The notes beneath the pieces were generated by a model. It was not told the origin of the DNA, searched no databases, and saw only the letters and a program-made list of their open reading frames with translations. A DNA stretch of 64,000 nt from an uncultured Sphingobacteriales bacterium. GTDB lineage: Bacteria > Bacteroidota > Bacteroidia > Chitinophagales > Chitinophagaceae. The number at the start of each line of letters is the position of its first letter. The stretch's first letter is position 1. Below, in pieces: positions 32,194 through 41,042 of this stretch. Position numbers and translations under genes: made by a program. Where the stretch lies: contig CAVPPM010000023.1 of assembly GCA_963707255.1 (NCBI GenBank), positions 222,687 to 286,686 on the forward strand. Direction: 5' to 3'.

Positions 32194-33592
32194 ACAATCA
32201 GTTACCGGAATATAACTGGAAAAACAGACTTTACAGTTATTCTTCACCGGTAGACAAAGGGTTGCTGAAGAAGGTTCTGGACGCAAAAAACAAAAATGGC
32301 GACCAGCCCCTCTCTTTTTGGGTGATCCTTTCGATCCTGCTCATTTTTATCAGCGGATCACTTGTCCTGATTGACAAACGCAGTACAGCTTCCCATGATA
32401 CAATAAATAATGTGCCAGTTTCTCCAGGGAATAAAATTCCCCGGAAGGAAGACGTTGTTACAGGTAATTCTTCCACACCCGCTCCTTCTCATAAAAAGTT
32501 TGATGCCGGCAATGAAGCAGGCAAGATTGCATTGAATAAAAAGGCTAAAGACCCGTTGACGCCTACCGGCAAAGAGGGAAATGAATTTTCCGGAAATCTG
32601 TCTATGGAATCTGCATCATTTGAAAGTGGATCTGCTTTGCAGCAAACTGAACTTCAACGCGCAAGTACGCAGGGCTATGGAAAATTCTGGAACAAGAAAC
32701 AACGTTATCCAAAAAATGTGCACAGCTGAATGGAGAACAGTACCGGCTTACTTTTCGCTGCCACCACTTTTTTCATTATCAGAAGAAACACTGGAAACCG
32801 GATCCTCCATTGGGAATGCCATCGTGATACCTGAATGTCCCCAATTTGGAAACAACAGGAATGACTGGTACCTGGAAGTATTCGGCGGAATAGACTTTCC
32901 CCATAAAAAAATGGAATCAACGACCGGCAAAAGCGATTATATTAGCAAAAAAAGACAGCACGGAAAAATTCGGCCTTTCTTATTCTGCCGGAGTACGCGT
33001 GTCGAAGAACATATCTGATGCCTGGCTGATTAAAACCGGTTTTCATTTTTCGCAGTTCAATGAAAGTTTTCAATACCGCAATGAACACGAAAGAAGAATC
33101 ACCACTGTGGTGACCATCCGCACTATTGTCAGGGCACCCGGTGATACCGTGTATATATCGGATTCTTCACAGGTGGAAGTAACCGGTGTCAGGATTAAGA
33201 AAACCAATAACCGCTACCGTAACCTGGATATTCCCCTGCTGGTTTCCTATGAGGTCCGGAATCCGGGGTTAACTATTGCCGTACAGGGTGGTACCATATT
33301 CAACCTCAGGTCTTCATTTCATGGTGATATGCTGGATACCACCGGCCTGCCGATGTCACAAACAGGAAAGGATCCGGCTTCACAATTCAATAATTCACTG
33401 GGCTTTGGTATCTACGCCGGCGCCAGTGTGATCAAATCAGTGGCTACAGACCTGGACGTTTTTGCCGAGCCTTACTATCGTCGTTACCTGAACAACCAGG
33501 CCTCGGCAGCTGCTCCCTTTGAACAATACCTTTCCAATTGGGGTGTATTGTTCGGGCTACGCTACAAATTGAATGCAGGCAGACAACGTTGA
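32190..33592 (+). CDS. Sigma-coupled membrane-anchored protein with C-terminal OM beta-barrel-like domain; broken into three track ORFs by two probable indels
   Basis: ATGA overlap with sigma; TM at residues ~43-61; Y..LDIPL..Y, FAEPYYR.YL, GVLFGLRY strands; A7 at 32947-32953 read as A6 gives KKDSTEKFGLSYSAGVRVSKN. Confidence 0.65.
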
Positions 33593-33629
33593 GTACTTCC
33601 CTTGTCTCCATTACCTAAAGTCTTTAACT

Positions 33630-34648
33630 ATGAAAATGAAAGCCGGCAACAGCTCCATCCAGCTATTAGCTTCCCGGAATTCCCATTTCCGTAGGGTATG
33701 GATTCCGTTATTGACCATGACATTTTTCGCGGCCTAGTATCCTGCAATAAAGACAGTTCAGATGTTTTCATCAGTTCTGTAGATCCGGCCGATACTGTTT
33801 GGGTAGGAAACTCTACAACCGAAAGAAAATCCGACTTCCAACAGTTGCTTGACACTCTATCAACACAGCCTACTGAAAATATTATTGAAGATATCAGTAG
33901 AAAACAGTCTTTTGCCATCGGCAACGATATCGTTATACAATTTCCGGAAAATGCATTCCTCGATAAATCCGGTAATGCTGCTGCAGGCAGGGGCAGTTCA
34001 GGGTTGATTTTACTGGATTCCAGGGGTAAAATGCTTAAGAACCGTATCACGGGCGTAGTTGGTGACCAGGCATTAAAAACCGCATTCGCCATCCGCATAA
34101 TTTTTTATAAAGACGGACAGGAACTGGTTGTTGCACCGGGTAAAAAAATAACGCTTTTTGTTTCCCAGCCAGACCCACAGGCAGGCTACCAGTTATATGC
34201 AGACAGGTCAGGTTCGCCGGGTACCAGTTGGGTTAATTTTGCAAATGGGGAGATTTCCACGGGTAACCTTAGCGGAAAGAGAGGATACTCGATGTCATTA
34301 GGCGAGCTTCCATGGATACTGGCCGGCAAGGCGGTGGAGACTGGAAAAACCATTACCATTAAGGGCACCCTGCCCAAAATCTTTACCAACGCAAATACTA
34401 AAATGTATCTGCTGCTCAATGACCGGAACGGTCTCATTGAAATGAACCAGGATAAAAATGAAAAGTCATTTTCAGCCGGAAATATTCCACAGAGAATAAC
34501 GGTGAAGATCATATCAGTCTCTTCTATCAACAATACTTATTATTTGGGTACAGAGGATTTTGAAACAAAAAATAATGAGCATATCAAGATAAACCCGAAA
34601 GTGGTTTCCCTGTCAGAACTGAACAGTTTCATGAATAGCCTTCAGTAA
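33630..34648 (+). CDS. Putative lipoprotein; lipobox restored by one added base near 33730
   Basis: ATG at 33630 reads ...RRVWIPLLTMTFFA and shifts into GLVSCNK, giving a basic/hydrophobic leader with LVSC lipobox. Confidence 0.6.
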
Positions 34649-34776
34649 TATCACCGGAAAATACCGTCACAAACTATACATCGCGGGCATAAACCGGGAT
34701 TTTATCCTCCTCCATTATTGAGGAGAGCATAAACCGGATTAACACTATGCCATCCCATCTATCCGCAAAAAAATAT

Positions 34777-34784
34777 TAATTTTG
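34777..34784 (+). promoter_or_regulatory. Bacteroidota -7 box (TAATTTTG)
   Basis: 9 nt upstream of the ATG at 34794. Confidence 0.55.
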
Positions 34785-34793
34785 CGTGATTTT

Positions 34794-35642
34794 ATGGACG
34801 ACAATAATGAGTTGAAAATAGCTATCCTGGACCTTTATGAAGGCCACCCTAACCAGGGTATGCGATGTATCCGGGAAATCCTCAACCAGTACGGAGAATC
34901 CAATCAGCTTAACATCAGTTGGGATGAATTTGATGTGAGGCAGAAAAATGAAGTCCCCGACCTCTCTTATGATCTGTATATCTCGAGTGGCGGACCGGGA
35001 AGTCCGCTGGAATCGGAGAACACCGCCTGGGAAATAGCCTATTTCCGCTGGCTGCACCAGGTGGAAAAATGGAATAATGACGTCGCCAATATCGTAAAAA
35101 AGAATGTGTTTTTTATCTGTCACTCCTTTCAACTGGCCTGCCGTCACTATAAAATAGGTCATGTTACCAAGAGAAAATCAACGGCTTTTGGCGTTTTTCC
35201 CATGCATATGCTACAGGAAGGGAAACAGGAAAACATTTTTGACGGACTGAATGATCCTTTTTACGGGGTCGACAGCCGTGATTACCAGGTGATACAGCCC
35301 CATCATAACACACTTAAGGAAATGGGCGCTAAAATTCTTTGTATTGAAAAGGAAAGGCCCCATATACCCCTGGAAAGGGCCATAATGGCGATACGCTTTA
35401 ATGAATTTATGATTGGCACACAGTTTCATCCCGAAGCTGATGCCATTGGTATGAGCATGTACCTCCAGACGGAGGAAAAGAAAAAAACCGTCATTGAAAG
35501 CCATGGCTACGAAAAATGGGAACAGATGATCGAACACTTAAATGATCCGGACAAGATCCTTTGGACCTATTCGCATATTCTCCCTAACTTTCTGGACCAG
35601 TCGGTACACCAAATCATGGGTGCTGAAAGACTGAACGGTTAA
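34794..35642 (+). CDS. Class I glutamine amidotransferase-like protein
   Basis: SGGPGSP, ICHSFQ (Cys nucleophile), QFHPE triad. Confidence 0.85.
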   Translation: MDDNNELKIAILDLYEGHPNQGMRCIREILNQYGESNQLNISWDEFDVRQKNEVPDLSYDLYISSGGPGSPLESENTAWEIAYFRWLHQVEKWNNDVANIVKKNVFFICHSFQLACRHYKIGHVTKRKSTAFGVFPMHMLQEGKQENIFDGLNDPFYGVDSRDYQVIQPHHNTLKEMGAKILCIEKERPHIPLERAIMAIRFNEFMIGTQFHPEADAIGMSMYLQTEEKKKTVIESHGYEKWEQMIEHLNDPDKILWTYSHILPNFLDQSVHQIMGAERLNG

Positions 35643-35686
35643 GTGCAGGGGCAGCAATAAAGTTTGTAAATCATCAACCCATTATC

Positions 35687-36879
35687 ATGGTTCCTTCGCT
35701 GAGAGCATCTTATAATGCTTCTTTCACCAATGAAAAATACCAGGCTTTTCTTGAAGACCTTAACAGCAGGTTTCCGGGCGCCATTGATTTCAGGATTTCA
35801 GAAACACCGGAATTTATTCCCAAATGGTTTGGTGATAAGATCATCAAGACCTGTGAGTATATCATTGATATCATCGTTCAGCAGGGTTTTGCCGCTTCCA
35901 GTGAAAGAGCCATTCCTCCGGGTGACAATGTTGCTAACCAGAATGACCATTCGCATTTCATCGCCTTCGACTTTGGTATCTGTGAAAACAGCAAAGGGGA
36001 ACTGGAACCGCAACTGATAGAAATGCAGGGCTTCCCCACCTTGTATGGCTTCGAGGCTTATTACCCTGAGGTATTACGAAGGCATTTCAGTATTCCGGAA
36101 AATTACAGCCACTATTTTAATGGCTACAACAAGGAGACTTATATTGATGCATTGCGGGAAGTGATTCTTGGTGATTCGGCAGCCGAGAATGTAATATTGC
36201 TGGAGATAAAACCTCATGAACAAAAAACCAGGATTGATTTTTATTGTACCCAGGAATACCTCGGCATTAAGCCTGTTTGCATTACAGAACTTATAGCCGA
36301 AGGGCTTGACCTGTACTACATGAATGACGGCAAAAAGACCAAAATAGAAAGGATATATAACCGGATCATTTTTGACGACCTTCATGCCAACCGTGAGAAA
36401 CTGGGAAACATCATTGATATCACACAGCCCTGGAATGTACAATGGATCCCGCACCCCAACTGGTTTTACAGGATAAGCAAATTCACACTGCCATATATTG
36501 ACCATCCTTATGTTCCTGAAACTTTCTTCCTGAATGAAATAAAAAAAGCTCCTGCCGACCTCGAAAATTATGTGCTGAAGCCATTGTTTTCATTCGCCGG
36601 ACAAGGTGTTGTCATTGATGTGACGCCGGAAGATATTGATAAGGTGGAAGAGCCTCAAAACTGGATACTTCAGCGCAAGGTAAAATATGCTGATGTGATT
36701 AAAACGCCGGATGTTGGAGCCAAAGTGGAGATACGCATGATGTATATCTGGAAAGATGGCGATGCCCGTCCCACTCTTGCTACCAACCTCAGCAGGCTCA
36801 GTAAGGGAAAAATGATTGGCGTCAGGTACAACAAAGACAAAGAATGGGTAGGCGCAAGTGTTGCTTTTTTGAACAATAA
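35687..36879 (+). CDS. Circularly permuted ATP-grasp-like protein; natural stop probably 36877-36879 after adding one T
   Basis: FDFGI...PQLIEMQ precedes RIYNR.IFD, SKF.LP, YVLKPLFSFAGQGV, ILQRKV; GCT TTT TT[T] GAA CAA TAA gives AFFEQ*. Confidence 0.6.
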
Positions 36880-36883
36880 TCGT

Positions 36884-37201
36884 ATGAATAATATTGCTGA
36901 TATCACTTCAAAGTTGCTGGCGGAAGGCATTTCCGGCAGGTATGTACATGGTGATAAACTTTCCTTCGGACTTGTTAATATAGAAAAGGGAAGTATACTC
37001 GGTCTTCATCACCATCCCCATGAACAGATCACCTATATGCTGAATGGTGAAATGGAAATGGACATCGGCGGAGAAAAAACTATTCTGAGAAATGGTGATT
37101 ACAGGATAATTCCCTCAAATGTTCAGCATTCTGCGATTGCTTTTTCTGATTGTACGGTTATTGATGTTTTCAGTCCCGTCAGGGAAGACTATAAAAAATA
37201 G
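36884..37201 (+). CDS. Cupin domain protein; fused to the upstream ORF in the track, probably by an indel
   Basis: HHHPHEQITY.L.G and IIPSNVQHS cupin motifs, DVFSPVRED; own ATG at 36884. Confidence 0.8.
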   Translation: MNNIADITSKLLAEGISGRYVHGDKLSFGLVNIEKGSILGLHHHPHEQITYMLNGEMEMDIGGEKTILRNGDYRIIPSNVQHSAIAFSDCTVIDVFSPVREDYKK

Positions 37202-37217
37202 TCATCGGCGCCAGGTG

Positions 37218-38378
37218 TTAGTCTTTTTGTGTCATGAAATAAATGATCACGATTAAGCTAATAATGCCAGAGGATAAAAATGCCGTTGCCGGACCGAATG
37301 CATACCATAACCATCCTGCAAAACTGCTCGCAAATAATGATGCGATGCTTTGAAATCCGCTATAGGTTCCAATAGCCGTTGCCGTTTCTTCGGTTTTTAC
37401 CTTTTGGGTGATCCATGCTTTCGAAATGCCTTCAGTAGCCGCAGCATATATGCCATAACATATGAACAACATGATGAACCCTGTTAGTGAATGATCAAAG
37501 GCAAAGCCGGTATACGTGATCATAAAAAAAATAAGCCCGGCAATGAAGACTTTTTTCAATCCGGCTTTATCTGCCAGTCTTCCTAATGGCCACGCCAATA
37601 CAGCATAGACAAGATTGTAAAAAATATATATCCCGATCACGGCTGTATCACTATATCCTGACTCCCTGATCCTAAGCAAAAGCAGCAGGTCAGAACTATT
37701 AAATAAGGCAAAAAGAAGAAGTCCCCTCACTATTGCACGGTATTCCCTGCCTGATTGTTTCCAGAAATGAAATGCCTGTAACAGGGAAATATTTTCCCTG
37801 CCTGATGGAACAGACTGCCTGGGTTTAATCAGCGTAGTGGCGAATATGGCGAGTATTCCCGGTAAAAAAGCCAGGTAGAAAAGCCACTGGTAATGACCAG
37901 GGTAAATATACAGGAAGAGCAATGCGATGGATGGTCCCAGAACGGCACCCAGGGTGTCCATGGACCGGTGAAAGCCAAACACAGCGCCCCTGTTGACCAA
38001 AGCAGCTTCATCACTTAACATAGCGTCCCTTGCGCCGGTACGCAGCCCCTTCCCTAACCTGTCGGTGGTTCTTGCACCAAATATCCATAAGGGATGGGTA
38101 AAAAAAGCCATCATCGGTTTTGATAATGCACTTAATGCATAGCCCCACTGCACAAATGGAAGACGTTTACCCGAACGGTCAGATAAAGCACCAAAATAAC
38201 TCTTACTGAGCCCGGCGACCGCTTCTGCACAGCCTTCCAGGATTCCGATCCACAGAAAAGAGAATCCAATTTCCCGCAGATAGGCCGGCATAACCGGATA
38301 TAACATTTCGCTTGCCATGTCTGTAAACAAACTGACAAGAGAAAGAAGCCAGACAGTCCGCGTAATGGTTTTACTCAT
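37218..38378 (-). CDS. MFS transporter
   Basis: About 12 TM; G.LSDR.GKR, DRLGKG.R...RDA, GRLADK.G.K. Confidence 0.9.
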   Translation of the reverse strand: MSKTITRTVWLLSLVSLFTDMASEMLYPVMPAYLREIGFSFLWIGILEGCAEAVAGLSKSYFGALSDRSGKRLPFVQWGYALSALSKPMMAFFTHPLWIFGARTTDRLGKGLRTGARDAMLSDEAALVNRGAVFGFHRSMDTLGAVLGPSIALLFLYIYPGHYQWLFYLAFLPGILAIFATTLIKPRQSVPSGRENISLLQAFHFWKQSGREYRAIVRGLLLFALFNSSDLLLLLRIRESGYSDTAVIGIYIFYNLVYAVLAWPLGRLADKAGLKKVFIAGLIFFMITYTGFAFDHSLTGFIMLFICYGIYAAATEGISKAWITQKVKTEETATAIGTYSGFQSIASLFASSFAGWLWYAFGPATAFLSSGIISLIVIIYFMTQKD

Positions 38379-38514
38379 TTGCCAAAGGCAACAATACTAT
38401 TATTGGGGAAAAACAACAAATCAGTAATCGCAGACCCGCCCTATTTACAACAGTCCTTCTTAAAGAACCGCCGGACGCTACGGAAGAATTGCCTGATCAC
38501 ATTCAACACGGGGA

Positions 38515-39351
38515 TCATCTGCGCTTTTTAAATGCATTAAGAAAGGTCCGGTCCACGCTAACCTGGTAGCTATTCATTGCCATACGGTGCATATTGCCAT
38601 TTACCTGGAACCGGTAAGCAAAGTTAAGCTTTGTATTGCTGTTGAAAATAAACTGGATGGCAGGCGCCATATCCAGGAAATACTTATTGTTCCCGATATT
38701 TGAACTGCCCAGGACTTCGAAGTAAAGGTTGATATTCGTTTGTTCGTAACTGTTATATGACCTTGGGAAGAGCAGGTATCCCCCGGAAAGGCTGTAATTA
38801 AAAGACTGGAAACTATATGGCGATGGTCCTTCCTCCCACCTTTCAGGCTGCAGCACCTGGCTCACCGACAGCGTGGAAGAAACAGCCAGTTTATGCAACA
38901 GCTGCGTCAGTATTATACCGCCACGCACGCCGCTCTGGTCTCCGTCAAAAGAAATTTCGTCATAGTAGGGCTCATTCACACTGTATGATCCTTCCAGGAA
39001 TGCTGCAGCCCTGAAATGCCGGTGAACTTCATCATTGCTGTAGAACCTGTATTTGGCATAAATCCTGGCCGACTCCCAACGAATTACGGGATATGAATAC
39101 ATATCCGAAATGGTGGTGCCAACATTGACCATTAATCTTTTACCCGGGCTGGCATGAAATTCCAGCATGTGGCGCTGCTCCAGTTTATTACTATGATAGC
39201 CCTCTATGAATTTTCCGGCATACTTCAGTTCCACTGAACCGGCTGGCATATTCGATGCGGGTTCGGTAGACACAAATAACTCCTGCCCGGTTGTTTGCTC
39301 AGACAACAGCAATAAAAGAAATAAAGAAAATAATACTTTCATGACCCTCAA
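38515..39351 (-). CDS. Exported hypothetical protein, probably an outer-membrane beta protein in the metal operon
   Basis: Signal peptide, QELFV.TEPASNMP, amphipathic strands; 4-nt overlap with the upstream HMA gene. Confidence 0.55.
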   Translation of the reverse strand: MRVMKVLFSLFLLLLLSEQTTGQELFVSTEPASNMPAGSVELKYAGKFIEGYHSNKLEQRHMLEFHASPGKRLMVNVGTTISDMYSYPVIRWESARIYAKYRFYSNDEVHRHFRAAAFLEGSYSVNEPYYDEISFDGDQSGVRGGIILTQLLHKLAVSSTLSVSQVLQPERWEEGPSPYSFQSFNYSLSGGYLLFPRSYNSYEQTNINLYFEVLGSSNIGNNKYFLDMAPAIQFIFNSNTKLNFAYRFQVNGNMHRMAMNSYQVSVDRTFLNAFKKRR

Positions 39352-39890
39352 ATGATCACGTGATAAATCCTTGCTGCAGGGGCTATTCCCGATTCAGTAC
39401 AGCATTTTCCTGCCACACCTGTTCTGGCACATTCCATTGTTGAAAGGGATGAATATTTCTTATGCTCTTTTGCCGGTAGAAAATCCTTATCCACAACCCT
39501 GAAACTCTGTTCACCTGTAAGCACCTTATTGCTGCTTACAAAATGATAGTTATTTGCACCTATTTTTACATGAGTATCACCGTCCAGCGTTACTTTCTCA
39601 AAAACGGCAGTGATGTCAAGCCTGGCTACGCTAAAACCGGCATCTTCCACTTTCATTTTTAAAGCGTCGATGTTTATATCGGTTCCTTCCTTGAAGGTGA
39701 TCAAAAATGCAGATTGATTAAGGTCAGTATCGATCTTGTCTACGAAACTTAGAGATTCCAAACCCTTATATACGGCTTTGGCACACATGGCACAGGTGAG
39801 CCCGCTGGCCTGCAATTTTGCTGATTTTACCTGTGAGAAAAGGGGCAGCATAAAAACGAGGGCCGTTATGGTAATTAGTAATTTTTTCAT
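39348..39890 (-). CDS. Exported heavy-metal-associated (HMA) domain protein
   Basis: MKK signal peptide at 39890; GLTCAMC; C-terminal C..CC. Confidence 0.8.
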   Translation of the reverse strand: MKKLLITITALVFMLPLFSQVKSAKLQASGLTCAMCAKAVYKGLESLSFVDKIDTDLNQSAFLITFKEGTDINIDALKMKVEDAGFSVARLDITAVFEKVTLDGDTHVKIGANNYHFVSSNKVLTGEQSFRVVDKDFLPAKEHKKYSSLSTMECARTGVAGKCCTESGIAPAARIYHVII

Positions 39891-39908
39891 CTTTTTAAAA
39901 TATATAAC

Positions 39909-39939
39909 AACAGGGAACAGCACTAATGCTGTCCCTGTT
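39909..39939. terminator. Intergenic hairpin inside the metal operon
   Basis: AACAGGG(A)ACAGCA-ctaa-TGCTGTCCCTGTT with one bulge; weak U-tail. Confidence 0.45.
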
Positions 39940-39959
39940 ATAACGTTCAAAAATGTAGA

Positions 39960-40529
39960 TTAAGCTTTCTTGCAGCAATCAGCAGACTTGCCATCCTTGC
40001 CGGGCGTACATTTGCCATCCTTACAGCAATCCGCCATTTTACCGTCTTTGTCCATGGTGCATTTGCCATCCTTGCAACAATCGGTCATGGTGCATTTGCC
40101 GTCTTTACAACAGTCCATCGTTTTGACACCTTTATCATCAGTGCAGCAATCTTCAGATTTTGCTGCGGTGGTCAGGCTTACATTGCTGACGGTGCCGGCA
40201 ACGACTTTGCGATCATACTGGCAACAGGAATGCAGTTTGTTATATGCACTATCAGGAGCGGTGAAGTTTTTAGTATCATACCCGGATATGGCCACGGCCT
40301 GCTCTATCTTGGCCAGGTTTGTTTTTTCGCCGTTGTAAGAAACGGAAAGGATCTTGGTTTCTGTATTCCAGTCGGCTTCACTGGCACCGGAAGATTTGGC
40401 GGCAGTTTCAATGGTTTTCTTACACATGGAACAATTACCCCAGACCTTGACGGTTTCTTTCTTCTGTGCGAATAATGTTGAACAGAGAAACAGGGAAATT
40501 ACAGAGAGAATAATATGATTTGTTTTCAT
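39960..40529 (-). CDS. Exported HMA domain protein with Cys-rich repeat tail
   Basis: Signal peptide; VWGNCSMCK; AY..LH.CC.YDR; DCCKDGKCT x3. Confidence 0.85.
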   Translation of the reverse strand: MKTNHIILSVISLFLCSTLFAQKKETVKVWGNCSMCKKTIETAAKSSGASEADWNTETKILSVSYNGEKTNLAKIEQAVAISGYDTKNFTAPDSAYNKLHSCCQYDRKVVAGTVSNVSLTTAAKSEDCCTDDKGVKTMDCCKDGKCTMTDCCKDGKCTMDKDGKMADCCKDGKCTPGKDGKSADCCKKA

Positions 40530-40598
40530 GATCTTTCTTTAATTGATAATAATAATTCAATAGCATTAGAACGGTAAAGCTGGATCGAACCATCATTA

Positions 40599-40973
40599 TC
40601 AGATCCGGAAAACACAGTATAAAATATTCAGGGATCCCGGGGAAGGCGGAGCATGTGCCTGGTAATGGTAACTACCTGACCGTAATGGTAAGTATGAAAA
40701 GTGATGTGTAACGGGTTCCGGAGCCGGAACAAAAAACTTCTGAAGGTCATCGGCCATTAAAGGAGCCTGGTGATTGTCGCTAACCTTAACTACCTTAAAA
40801 TCATCATGGCAGCAACCCTGGTTATCCATTCCGCAGGTTGCACAGTTGTTGCTTTGCGTATGTCCGATGGCCACACCTGAAACTTCTCCCATACAGTAGT
40901 GAATACTCAGCACCACACCACTGGTGGTGGTAATGTACAAACCGATGAGTAATATGGCCAGGAATTTCTTCAT
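40599..40973 (-). CDS. HYC_CC_PP family protein
   Basis: HYCMG...C..C....GCC....APP....YCVFRI. Confidence 0.85.
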   Translation of the reverse strand: MKKFLAILLIGLYITTTSGVVLSIHYCMGEVSGVAIGHTQSNNCATCGMDNQGCCHDDFKVVKVSDNHQAPLMADDLQKFFVPAPEPVTHHFSYLPLRSGSYHYQAHAPPSPGSLNILYCVFRI

Positions 40974-40982
40974 GAACTAATG

Positions 40983-40990
40983 CAAAAGTA
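40983..40990 (-). promoter_or_regulatory. Bacteroidota -7 box (TACTTTTG) for the metal operon
   Basis: 9 nt upstream of the ATG at 40973. Confidence 0.55.
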
Positions 40991-41042
40991 CAGACTTAAA
41001 TGGTAATATACAAGGGACTTCCGTTAAAGCCGTGGGTCTACA

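Noticed and set aside
35687-37201. Apparent novel fusion of an ATP-grasp-like domain with a cupin (504 aa)
   Set aside because: Adding one T to the T6 run at 36865-36870 gives AFFEQ* followed by a separate ATG at 36884, matching the indel pattern across the window
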